Shown here piece after piece: positions 1 to 8,982 of a stretch of DNA of 64,000 nucleotides. The number at the start of each line of letters is the position of its first letter. The first letter of the stretch is position 1. A model generated the notes under the pieces. The model searched no databases, was not told where the DNA came from, and saw nothing but the letters and a program-made list of their open reading frames with translations. This stretch comes from Bacteroidota bacterium (GTDB lineage: Bacteria > Bacteroidota > Bacteroidia > UKL13-3). Position numbers and translations under genes: made by a program. The DNA lies in NCBI GenBank assembly GCA_027488905.1, contig JAIYAT010000031.1, positions 36,748-100,747 on the forward strand, given 5' to 3'.

Positions 1-1
1 G

Positions 2-1573
2 CTTGGAAGGGAATATGTGTTGCAGGTTAAAGGTTTGGTAAAAGAGCGTGAAAGTAAAAACCAGCAAATGCCAACTGGCGAAATTGAAATAATTGTGGAT
101 GAAATAGTTATTTTAAATGAAGCAATACTTCCGCCATTTACCATTGAAGACAATACGGATGGGGGAGATGACCTGCGTATGAAATATAGGTATTTAGACA
201 TACGCAGAAACCCAGTAAGGAATAACTTATTACTTCGTCACCAAGTTGCTAAGCAAACACGTGCATATTTAGATAACCAGAATTTTGTTGAGGTAGAAAC
301 TCCGGTACTTATCAAATCTACTCCTGAAGGGGCTAGAGATTTTGTGGTTCCAAGCAGGATGAATCCTGGTCAGTTTTATGCTTTGCCTCAGTCGCCGCAA
401 ACCTTCAAGCAATTGTTAATGGTAGGTGGGATTGATCGGTATTATCAAATTGTGAAATGTTTTAGGGATGAGGACTTACGTGCAGATAGGCAACCTGAAT
501 TTACACAAATAGATTGTGAAATGAGCTTTGTGGAACAGGAAGATGTTTTAAATATGTTCGAAGGATTGGTGAAACATCTTTTTGCTACAGTAAAAAGTAT
601 TGAAATCCCGCAGGTGCCGCGTATGAGTTATGCTGATGCCATGAAGTATTATGGTTCAGACAAACCTGATACAAGATTTGAAATGAAATTTGTGGAGTTA
701 AAATCACCAGAAGTTGACTTGGTTTCTGGTAAAGGTTTTAAGGTATTTGAGGATGCAGAATTGGTGGTTGGAATTTGTGCTAAAAATGCAGCACATTATA
801 CGCGTAAGCAGTTGGATGAGCTTACAGATTTTATAAAGCGTCCTCAAATTGGCGCAACAGGTTTGGTATATGCTAGAGTAAATGAAGATGGCAGTATAAA
901 GTCGTCTGTAGACAAGTTTTATGATGAAGCTGCTTTAGCAGAATGGGCAAAGGCATTTGGTGCTGAGCCAAATGATTTAATACTAATCTTAGCAGGTGGG
1001 GCAGATAAAACTCGGAAGTCTTTAAACGAATTAAGATTAGAAATGGGAACAAGGCTTGAACTTCGTGATGCCTCGGTTTACAGTTGTTTATGGGTAACAG
1101 ATTTTCCGTTATTAGAGTTTATTGAAGAAGATGAACGCTATTTTGCCATGCACCATCCTTTTACTGCACCAAAACCAGAAGATATTAAGCTATTGGAAGA
1201 GGGTAAATTAGGTGAAATTAGAGCCAATGCATACGATTTAGTAATTAATGGTGTTGAAGTTGGCGGTGGCTCGGTGAGAATTTTTAACAAGCAATTGCAA
1301 GCCAAAATGTTTGAAGTTTTAGGGTTTTCACAAGAGGAAGCCCAAGTTCAATTTGGGTTTTTGATGAATGCTTTTGAATATGGTGCGCCCCCACATGCTG
1401 GAATTGCCTTTGGATTTGACCGATTATGCTCACTGTTTGGAGGAGAAAATACGATTAGAGATTTCATCGCATTTCCTAAAAATAACTCTGGTAGAGATGT
1501 TATGATTGATGCTCCCGCTGCTATTGATAACAAACAACTGAACGAACTTGGCATTGCTGTTAAAAATGTTTAA
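2..1573 (+). CDS. aspS: aspartate--tRNA ligase (5' end lies outside the window)
   Basis: Class II synthetase motifs [47 protein letters not shown]; frame is open to the window edge. Confidence 0.98.
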   Translation, partial: LGREYVLQVKGLVKERESKNQQMPTGEIEIIVDEIVILNEAILPPFTIEDNTDGGDDLRMKYRYLDIRRNPVRNNLLLRHQVAKQTRAYLDNQNFVEVETPVLIKSTPEGARDFVVPSRMNPGQFYALPQSPQTFKQLLMVGGIDRYYQIVKCFRDEDLRADRQPEFTQIDCEMSFVEQEDVLNMFEGLVKHLFATVKSIEIPQVPRMSYADAMKYYGSDKPDTRFEMKFVELKSPEVDLVSGKGFKVFEDAELVVGICAKNAAHYTRKQLDELTDFIKRPQIGATGLVYARVNEDGSIKSSVDKFYDEAALAEWAKAFGAEPNDLILILAGGADKTRKSLNELRLEMGTRLELRDASVYSCLWVTDFPLLEFIEEDERYFAMHHPFTAPKPEDIKLLEEGKLGEIRANAYDLVINGVEVGGGSVRIFNKQLQAKMFEVLGFSQEEAQVQFGFLMNAFEYGAPPHAGIAFGFDRLCSLFGGENTIRDFIAFPKNNSGRDVMIDAPAAIDNKQLNELGIAVKNV

Positions 1574-1684
1574 AAGATTTGTTCCAATAACTCAACGAAT
1601 TTTCCGGAAAACACGAAATGAATTTCATTTGAATTTGTATTGCAATCGGAAAGCAGTAATTTTATAAACTAAATTTTTCGAAAA

Positions 1685-2071
1685 ATGGCATTAGATGTGA
1701 TTGGCAAAATTATCCAAGTGATGGATCCTGTAAGAGGTACAAGCAAAGCTGGAAAAGACTGGGTGAAACAAGAATTTGTACTTGAAACGCAAGAGACTTA
1801 TCCTAAAAAGATTTGCATAGGAATGATGGGTGATAAAACAAATGAAATAAGCAAGTTTCGTGTAGAGGATGTGGTTAAAGTTCATTTGAACCTAGAGTCT
1901 AGAGAATACAATGGTAAATGGTACACCAATGTAAATGCTTGGAAGATAGAGCAGGCAATGGCAAGTAATGGCGGGGCAAATAGCAATATGAGCAGTTCAC
2001 CTGTAAATCCAGAGCCAGATATGAATTATGGAAATTCGGCAGATGCAAGTGGCGATGATTTGCCATTCTAA
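1685..2071 (+). CDS. DUF3127 family protein (SSB-like OB fold)
   Basis: W.KQEFVLET..YPKKI and ESREYNGKWYT..AW motifs; acidic tail ending GDDLPF. Confidence 0.85.
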   Translation: MALDVIGKIIQVMDPVRGTSKAGKDWVKQEFVLETQETYPKKICIGMMGDKTNEISKFRVEDVVKVHLNLESREYNGKWYTNVNAWKIEQAMASNGGANSNMSSSPVNPEPDMNYGNSADASGDDLPF

Positions 2072-2086
2072 CAAAACTCAATTACT

Positions 2087-2995
2087 TTGATTCGCTACCT
2101 ATCTCATAAAGAGATTGACTTAGAAAAATGGGACCTGTGTTTAGAGCAGGCCTCTAATTCGCTTGTATATGGTTATTCATGGTATTTAAACCAAGTATCT
2201 CCAGAATGGGATGCTTTGGTTTTAGATGATTATCATGCTGTGATGCCCCTTACACAAAGCAGAAAGTATTTCATTTCCTACTTATTTCAACCGTTTTTTA
2301 CACAGCAATTGGGAGTTTTTGCTAAAACACAAATTAATCAAGACTTAATACTTGATTTTGTTTCAGCGATCCCTTCAAAGTTTAAATTTATTGAGATTAG
2401 TTTAAATGAGCAGAATTACTTTTTGTCAGAGAATTACAAACTGATTAAGAGAAAAAATTACCTGCTTAATTTGAATAAGCCATATGATAAATTGGCTAAG
2501 GATTATAATAACCAAGCCTTAAGAAATTTAAAGAAGTCGCGCAAGCAGGAAATAGAATTAAGAGCAATTCAATTTAAAGAAGTAATTACTTTTTATAGAA
2601 TACATAAGTCGGAGGTTACTTTGGGTGTAAAATCCGAAGATTATCAAGCTTTAGAAAGCCTAATGGAAGTGGCTTGGAAAAGAGGAAAGCTATTTTCTAA
2701 AGGGGTATTTTCTAAGTCGGGAGAATTGTTAGCATGTGGAAGCTTCCTCATGCAAAAGGGCAGAATTATTTTTTTAATTGGAACTTCATCTGCTAGTGGA
2801 AGAGAAACTGGTGCTATGCACTATTTAATGGATTCAATTATTTTTCAATTTGCTAACCACAAAATGCTTTTAGATTTTGAGGGTTCAGAAATACCTGGAA
2901 TAGCAAGATTTTATAAAAGTTTTGGTGCCATTAAAACGCATTATTTTAGATTAAAGAAAAACCGTTTGCCTTGGCTAATAAGGCTATTTAAATAA
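2087..2995 (+). CDS. GNAT/FemAB-like acyltransferase
   Basis: QPFFTQQLG and LDFEGS..PGIARFY.SFG motifs of Bacteroidota GNAT-fold proteins often found near glycan loci. Confidence 0.65.
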   Translation: MIRYLSHKEIDLEKWDLCLEQASNSLVYGYSWYLNQVSPEWDALVLDDYHAVMPLTQSRKYFISYLFQPFFTQQLGVFAKTQINQDLILDFVSAIPSKFKFIEISLNEQNYFLSENYKLIKRKNYLLNLNKPYDKLAKDYNNQALRNLKKSRKQEIELRAIQFKEVITFYRIHKSEVTLGVKSEDYQALESLMEVAWKRGKLFSKGVFSKSGELLACGSFLMQKGRIIFLIGTSSASGRETGAMHYLMDSIIFQFANHKMLLDFEGSEIPGIARFYKSFGAIKTHYFRLKKNRLPWLIRLFK

Positions 2996-3000
2996 AGATT

Positions 3001-3894
3001 ATGAAACTTGCCGCCATAGACATAGGCTCTAATGCAGTTCGGTTACAAATAGTTCGGGCAACTAACGATTTAGGTTCAGACCGGTTTAAAAAAATTGAGT
3101 TTTTAAGAATTCCGGTACGTTTGGGGGATGACGCTTTTAAGGATAAGAAAATAAGTAAAGAAAAGCGGAAAATTTTCTTTAAGGCTATGCAAGCGTTTCA
3201 GTTAATAATGGATGCCTTTGAAGTAGATTACTATATGGCATGTGCAACAAGTGCTATGCGCGAGGCTTCCAACGGAGAGAAAATTGTGCAAAGGGTGCGG
3301 GAGGATTTTGGGTTAAAGATTGAAATTATTGATGGCAAAAGAGAAAGTGAGCTTATTCTTCGCTCAATTGACCATGTATTTGAGGCACAGAAGAATTATC
3401 TTACCATTGATGTGGGTGGAGGCAGCACTGAAATGACAGTTATTAAAGACAAGAGGGTTTTAAATGCTGTTTCTTTCGATATAGGTACGGTAAGATTAAT
3501 GGATGGAGCAGTTACTGAAAAAACTTGGGCTACTATAGAAACTTGGGTCAAAACGAACACTAAAGACTTGCCTGACTTAGAAGCTGTAGTGACAAGTGGA
3601 ACCATTAATAAGATTTCTCATATTATAAATGAAGATGCCTCGGAAGGTGAATTTACAAGGGATCAACTCAAAGTCTTTCATCGAAAAGTTTCAAAAATGG
3701 CGATTGATGAAAGAGTTACACAACTTAAACTCAATCCAGATAGGGCAGATATTATTGAATTGTCTGCTGATATCTATTTAAGGATATTGAATTGGGCAAA
3801 TATCGTTAAAATAAAAAGCCCCGAAAATTCGGGGCTTAAAGACGGTATAATAAATGAGTTATTTAACACCTACCAGTTCAACATCAAAAATTAA
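3001..3894 (+). CDS. ppx: Ppx/GppA family exopolyphosphatase
   Basis: AAIDIGSNAVRL, ATSAMREA, IDVGGGSTE, DRADII motifs. Confidence 0.9.
   Translation: MKLAAIDIGSNAVRLQIVRATNDLGSDRFKKIEFLRIPVRLGDDAFKDKKISKEKRKIFFKAMQAFQLIMDAFEVDYYMACATSAMREASNGEKIVQRVREDFGLKIEIIDGKRESELILRSIDHVFEAQKNYLTIDVGGGSTEMTVIKDKRVLNAVSFDIGTVRLMDGAVTEKTWATIETWVKTNTKDLPDLEAVVTSGTINKISHIINEDASEGEFTRDQLKVFHRKVSKMAIDERVTQLKLNPDRADIIELSADIYLRILNWANIVKIKSPENSGLKDGIINELFNTYQFNIKN
3813..3837 (-). terminator. intrinsic terminator for the nrnA-FKBP-FKBP unit, lying inside the ppx CDS
   Basis: 10-bp inverted repeat AAGCCCCGAA/TTCGGGGCTT with a T-run on the minus strand, about 20 nt past the FKBP stop. Confidence 0.7.
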
Positions 3895-4710
3895 GGTTGA
3901 ATTTGGAGGTATTACACTTCCAGCTCCATTTGCTCCATAACCAAGTTCGCTTGGAATAATAATACGCATTTTATCACCAACTTTCATCAATGCAATTCCC
4001 TCTTCCCAGCCTTTGATTACCATGCCTTGGCCTAAAGGGAAACTAATAGGGTCGCCACGCTCAACTGATGAGTCAAATTTACGGCCATCCATAAGGTAAC
4101 CGGTATAATGAACATCAACTGTTTTTCCATTTTCTGCTTGAGGTCCATTTCCTTTTTCTATGTAAACATATTTTAATCCGCTTGCTGTAGTTAAAACTTC
4201 TTTACCTTCTATATTAAATGGCACAGCTACAACAGGAGATTTAGTTTCAATAACCTCAATTTCAAAAATAAGCGTGCTGTTTGATGGAATTTTTCCCATA
4301 GCACGGTCTCCATATCCAAGTCCTGAAGGCACAGTTAAAATAGCTTTGTCTCCCACATTTAATAATCTTAAACCTTCATCCCAACCTAGGATTACTTGTC
4401 CGCCACCAACTTTAAAAGAAAAAGGTTGGTTTCTATCCTTTGAGCTATCAAACTTTGTGCCGTCAGGCAAGGTTCCAGTGTAATGAACCGTTACCATGTC
4501 ACCTGCCTCAACTTTTTTACCAGTACCCATTTCCAAGAGCTTATATTTTAGCCCAGAGGGTGTTGTATATTCTTGCTTCAATTTAATATTTCTTTTAGTG
4601 GTTTGACCCGATTTGTTTTTTTTCTTGTCGTCAGCTTTTGCATTGTCGCTTTGTGCTGAGGTGTTGATTGATAAGAGAATCAGAGCACCAAGGATAATTT
4701 TTTTTATCAT
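3859..4710 (-). CDS. FKBP-type peptidyl-prolyl isomerase with two FKBP domains and a signal peptide
   Basis: Two VHYTG..DG.KFDSS...VI.GW.EG...IP.NSTLIF domains. Confidence 0.95.
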   Translation of the reverse strand: MIKKIILGALILLSINTSAQSDNAKADDKKKNKSGQTTKRNIKLKQEYTTPSGLKYKLLEMGTGKKVEAGDMVTVHYTGTLPDGTKFDSSKDRNQPFSFKVGGGQVILGWDEGLRLLNVGDKAILTVPSGLGYGDRAMGKIPSNSTLIFEIEVIETKSPVVAVPFNIEGKEVLTTASGLKYVYIEKGNGPQAENGKTVDVHYTGYLMDGRKFDSSVERGDPISFPLGQGMVIKGWEEGIALMKVGDKMRIIIPSELGYGANGAGSVIPPNSTLIFDVELVGVK

Positions 4711-5543
4711 TTGTTTTCAACTTTAATTAATTCAACGTCAAAAAGTAAAGAAGCGTATGGAGGGATTGGGCCACTACCAAATTCACCATAAGCTAGATTC
4801 CAAGGAATTAAAAATCTAAAGGTTTCTCCTTCTTTCATTAATTGTAAACCTTCGTCCCAACCTGGAATAACCATACGTTGTCCTACGTTAAACACGAAAT
4901 CTGGTTGACCTTCTTTGGTTTGGTCAAAAACTCTTCCATCTAATAAGGTACCTTTATATTTAACTGTTACCTTATTTCCTGAAGCCACTTTCTTGCCATT
5001 TGAAGACTTGATAACAGTGTAGCGCAATCCGCTAGTGGTAGATTTTAGGTCTGTATTTGAGCCAATAAATTGTTGAAATGCAATTGAATCCGAAAGTCTA
5101 AATTCTTGGTTACGCATTTCTATTTTTTTTCTAATTTCCTCTTGGCTGTAAATGTCTGTAACACTAACTTGGAATTTAATTCTATCTGCACCAGTAATGC
5201 CAGCAGGTAACGGCTGCCTAAAACTCTTTGAATAGAGTGTGTCTGCATTTACAAAGAAAGTTGCGCTATCGCCTTTTTTAAGCAAAGAGAATACACTCCC
5301 TAGCGTTGGTTCATCAGATGGAATCTCAAAAGGTTTATTTTCAGCATAAGAGTTAAATAATTGAGAATCTGTACGCTCAACATGAACTAACATGTTTATG
5401 GTTAAAATATCTCCTTTGGCTACCATTCTAGCGCCTTCTTCTGTTTTGTGAATTTGGTACTCAATACCATTTTCTGTTGTTTCTGTGCTGTCACAAGCTG
5501 CAAGCAGCCATACCATTGCACCAATTGCAAGTAATTGTCTCAT
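4707..5543 (-). CDS. FKBP-type peptidyl-prolyl isomerase lipoprotein
   Basis: Lipobox LAAC; C-terminal FKBP domain (VIPGWDEGL, LAYG, IPP...LLFDVEL). Confidence 0.9.
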   Translation of the reverse strand: MRQLLAIGAMVWLLAACDSTETTENGIEYQIHKTEEGARMVAKGDILTINMLVHVERTDSQLFNSYAENKPFEIPSDEPTLGSVFSLLKKGDSATFFVNADTLYSKSFRQPLPAGITGADRIKFQVSVTDIYSQEEIRKKIEMRNQEFRLSDSIAFQQFIGSNTDLKSTTSGLRYTVIKSSNGKKVASGNKVTVKYKGTLLDGRVFDQTKEGQPDFVFNVGQRMVIPGWDEGLQLMKEGETFRFLIPWNLAYGEFGSGPIPPYASLLFDVELIKVENK

Positions 5544-5554
5544 GTTATTTTGTA

Positions 5555-6565
5555 TTAATTTAAATAATTTTTGTATTCGTTTAAAGCAGCTTTAAATTTT
5601 ATTTCAACCTGGTCAATAGGTTCAAGGCTTTCTCCACCAGCGGCATTGAAATGTCCCCCTCCATTGAAGTATTTCCTTGCAAATTCATTGGCTGGGAAAC
5701 TATCCTTAGACCTAAAACTCATTTTTCTAGCTACTGTTCTATCAATAATAAGTACTGAAAGCTTTATTCCAGTTATGGATAAACCATAATTAACTAGGCC
5801 TTCACTATCTCCTGTAATGATTTTAAATTTTTTAAGATCCTCTGCAGTAACAGTAATCAAGGCAGTATGGTATTCAGGAAGAATTTGTAACTTTTCGCTT
5901 AGACAAAAACCTATAAACCTTGTTCTGCTTTCTGAATAATTATCATAAATGGCTTCGAAAATTCTATTTGATTTAGCGCCTTTTTCCAATAATGTAGCTG
6001 CAACTCTATGCGTAGTTGCTGTTGTGGAACCATGTTTAAAAGAGGCAGTATCAGTCATTATTCCTGCATAAAGGCAAGAAGCAATGTCTTCGTCTATGAC
6101 AGAGACATCTCCCATTAATTCAATTAGCCAAAAAATAAGCTCGCAGGTGCTGCTTGCTTTAGTAGTCCATAATCTGAATTGTTCAAAACCTTCTGGTTCT
6201 AGGTGATGGTCTATCAAAACCTTGATGGCTTTACTTTGAGCAACTAGTACCCCTAATTTATTGATTCGTTTTAAAGCATTAAAATCTAAACAAAAGATTA
6301 TATCAGCCTCTTCAACTAATGATTGACTGTATTTTTCTTTTTCTTCAAAATTGATAACAGCGCTTTCTCCTGGCATCCATTTTAAAAAGTCACCATAATC
6401 AGTAGGCGTTACCACATTGGCTTGGATTCCAATTTTAAGTAGGTAGTTTAACAATCCTAATGAAGATCCTAAAGCATCAGCATCTGGTTTGTGATGTGTG
6501 GTTATTACTACTTTAGGACTTTTTGAAGCCTTTAAGAGAGGTTGTATTTCTTTTATATTATTCAA
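5555..6565 (-). CDS. nrnA: DHH family oligoribonuclease/PAP phosphatase
   Basis: PDADALGS, IDHH, GIMTDT, GGGHFNAAG motifs. Confidence 0.9.
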   Translation of the reverse strand: MNNIKEIQPLLKASKSPKVVITTHHKPDADALGSSLGLLNYLLKIGIQANVVTPTDYGDFLKWMPGESAVINFEEKEKYSQSLVEEADIIFCLDFNALKRINKLGVLVAQSKAIKVLIDHHLEPEGFEQFRLWTTKASSTCELIFWLIELMGDVSVIDEDIASCLYAGIMTDTASFKHGSTTATTHRVAATLLEKGAKSNRIFEAIYDNYSESRTRFIGFCLSEKLQILPEYHTALITVTAEDLKKFKIITGDSEGLVNYGLSITGIKLSVLIIDRTVARKMSFRSKDSFPANEFARKYFNGGGHFNAAGGESLEPIDQVEIKFKAALNEYKNYLN

Positions 6566-6661
6566 AGCGGGTGCAAATATCTAATAACCTTTGTTTTTCA
6601 CGCTATTTTTCAATAAATATTTTACCTTATTTCTACTTAACAATAAATTCAAGTCAAATAT

Positions 6662-6669
6662 TAACTTTG
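6662..6669 (+). promoter_or_regulatory. Bacteroidota -7 promoter element for ndk
   Basis: TAACTTTG matches TAnnTTTG, 20 nt upstream of the ATG. Confidence 0.6.
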
Positions 6670-6689
6670 TGGCTTGAATTATAGACACA

Positions 6690-7106
6690 ATGAGTAATAT
6701 AACATTTACAATGATCAAGCCTGATGCAGTAGCGAATGGCCATATCGGGAAGATAATTGATCAAATTTTATCGGCTGGCTTTAAAATTAAGGCTATGAAA
6801 TACACTAAATTGAGCGTAGAAACTGCAGGTGCATTTTATGAAATTCATAAAGAGCGCCCTTTTTACAATGATTTAGTTTCCTTTATGAGCAGCGGCCCTA
6901 TTGTGGCTGCAGTTTTAGAAAAGGATGATGCAGTGCTTTCATTTAGAACTTTAATTGGCGCTACAGATCCAAAAAAGGCAGAAGAAGGTACTATCAGAAA
7001 TAGATTTGCTGAATCTATAGAAGCAAATGCAATTCATGGCAGCGATAGCAATGAAAATGCAGCGCATGAAGCAGCTTTCTTTTTTAATAGATTAGAGCAA
7101 TTTTAA
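6690..7106 (+). CDS. ndk: nucleoside-diphosphate kinase
   Basis: [21 protein letters not shown] motifs. Confidence 0.98.
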   Translation: MSNITFTMIKPDAVANGHIGKIIDQILSAGFKIKAMKYTKLSVETAGAFYEIHKERPFYNDLVSFMSSGPIVAAVLEKDDAVLSFRTLIGATDPKKAEEGTIRNRFAESIEANAIHGSDSNENAAHEAAFFFNRLEQF

Positions 7107-7113
7107 GTTATTA

Positions 7114-7149
7114 AACTAAAAGGACTTGCCTAGGCAAGTCCTTTTAGTT
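7114..7149. terminator. bidirectional terminator between convergent ndk and the DUF5723 gene
   Basis: Perfect 36-bp palindrome AACTAAAAGGACTTGCCT/AGGCAAGTCCTTTTAGTT. Confidence 0.85.
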
Positions 7150-7154
7150 GGTTT

Positions 7155-8969
7155 CTATTTTCTAAGTAGCTTTAGTTCTACTTGATTTTTGTAAGATTTT
7201 GGTAGTTCCAAGGTCTTTTCAGTTTTTAGGTTTGACCCTAAACCTATTGCTATAATTCGATTTGTTTCTATTCCTTTTGAAATAAGATATGCTCTTAAGA
7301 CATTCGCTCTTTCTTGGCTGATGTCTTCTCCAATACCTCCAGTCTCACCAGCAGTTGGATTTGCATTTATTTGAATTACTGCATCACTTCTATCTTTTAA
7401 TAGTTTAATTACTTTTTCAAGATAGGCATAAGAACTACTATCTAATTTACTAGTTCCTTTTTCAAATTTTACTTTTTCTATGGTCTTCGTCAGAACTTTT
7501 TGCTCATCTTTTGATAATGAAAGTGAAGTTGAATCAATTTCTGAACAGCCACCTAAGTCTTTGAAACCAGCTTCATTTTTACATTTATCCTTTTTGTTAG
7601 GCACGCCATCATTATCATTATCATATAGATTACCAATGTTTAGGTTCAAACCAACTCTATTGCTTACAACATTAGCTGTAGAATAATTTAAATTGTTTAT
7701 AAATTGATCTGTGTTACCAAAAATTGTTAAAGGTCCTAAGTGGACGGCAATGCCTGCACTAACGGCCGGACTAAAATCTCTGTATTTAGTAACTCCAGCG
7801 CGTAGTTCAAGGAAATGTAATATTCTTTGAGAGAGGTTTACAGATAAACCAGTGTAAAATTTACCATTTACTTTTTCTCCAAATCCCACAAAACCTGCCG
7901 AGGTACTATTGGTTAATTGGTAATTAAAACCTAGATAGTATTTAGTATTTAATGCTCGGCGGTAGGAGGTTGATGATTCGTTTGGTTTTGCTAAATTATC
8001 TAGAGAATCAACCAAATCTTCTGTCAATTTAGAAATAGAGTCGAAATCAGGGTCGGTAAATCCTTCAAATTCAAACTCAAAATTCTTAGAATAGGTTTTT
8101 GCTTGTTTCCAATTGATTCCTCCAATATCTAAAATTGAGGCAGAAACACTCATTTTTTTATTTATTTTATAATCTGCCCCTATGTCAAAAGCAAAACCTC
8201 GTCCAACTGGGTCATTAAAGATTGGGTTTATGTAACTACTAGCAGTAGCGCCTTCAGGCATATTTTGGTAATAGTCTATTCTATCTATACCTGCTGCGCG
8301 AAATTCATAATCTAAATTGGCATTTAGTTTATAAACATTTAGATCACCCGAATCCGTTTTAAAATAGCCATTTGACCTATAAACCTGAGCATCAAAAAGC
8401 CCAATAAGATATTTCCCTCTAACACCCACAGTTAATTTTTCGTTAATTTCTCTGCTTAAACCTGCATGTATTGACGCATACGTGCTGGTATTTACTTTCA
8501 TATTATTAAAGCTGATTTCTTTTCCGAATAAGTTACTTGAATTTCCATAATACCCAAGCGCAGCAAATTCCTTTGGTACAGAAATATCTTGATTAGTATT
8601 TATTTGTAAGCCAAATGAAGTGTACATTTTGTTCATTCTAAAGCCAAAAAGAAGGAGATTAGCTTCTAAACCAATATTTATATCATTCAAATTGAATTGA
8701 TTTCCATCTAAAATCTTATTCATGGTTTGATTAAAAGTCTCATCATCTCTTAAGATGTCATACGCAGTGATTCCTGGCACCATTACCTGAATTTTAGCAT
8801 CCACGAGTCCTAAAGAGAACATTTGTTTTGAATGATGTGCTGGGTTCAACAATGTGGTTTGAACCAAGGATTTAGAGTTATAAAGTGTTAGATTGTTTTG
8901 CCCAAAAGTTAGAAAGCTTATGGCTAGAAAGGCAAATGTTAAATTTGATTTGATGATTATATTTTTCAT
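7155..8969 (-). CDS. DUF5723-type outer membrane beta-barrel with a TSP3-like acidic linker and an OmpA-like C-terminal domain
   Basis: Signal peptide; GFAFDIGADY and SASILDIGGINW strands; DNDNDGVPNKKDKC linker; OmpA-like C-terminus. Start placed at MKNIII. Confidence 0.75.
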   Translation of the reverse strand: MKNIIIKSNLTFAFLAISFLTFGQNNLTLYNSKSLVQTTLLNPAHHSKQMFSLGLVDAKIQVMVPGITAYDILRDDETFNQTMNKILDGNQFNLNDINIGLEANLLLFGFRMNKMYTSFGLQINTNQDISVPKEFAALGYYGNSSNLFGKEISFNNMKVNTSTYASIHAGLSREINEKLTVGVRGKYLIGLFDAQVYRSNGYFKTDSGDLNVYKLNANLDYEFRAAGIDRIDYYQNMPEGATASSYINPIFNDPVGRGFAFDIGADYKINKKMSVSASILDIGGINWKQAKTYSKNFEFEFEGFTDPDFDSISKLTEDLVDSLDNLAKPNESSTSYRRALNTKYYLGFNYQLTNSTSAGFVGFGEKVNGKFYTGLSVNLSQRILHFLELRAGVTKYRDFSPAVSAGIAVHLGPLTIFGNTDQFINNLNYSTANVVSNRVGLNLNIGNLYDNDNDGVPNKKDKCKNEAGFKDLGGCSEIDSTSLSLSKDEQKVLTKTIEKVKFEKGTSKLDSSSYAYLEKVIKLLKDRSDAVIQINANPTAGETGGIGEDISQERANVLRAYLISKGIETNRIIAIGLGSNLKTEKTLELPKSYKNQVELKLLRK

Positions 8970-8982
8970 TTCTGTCCCCTTT

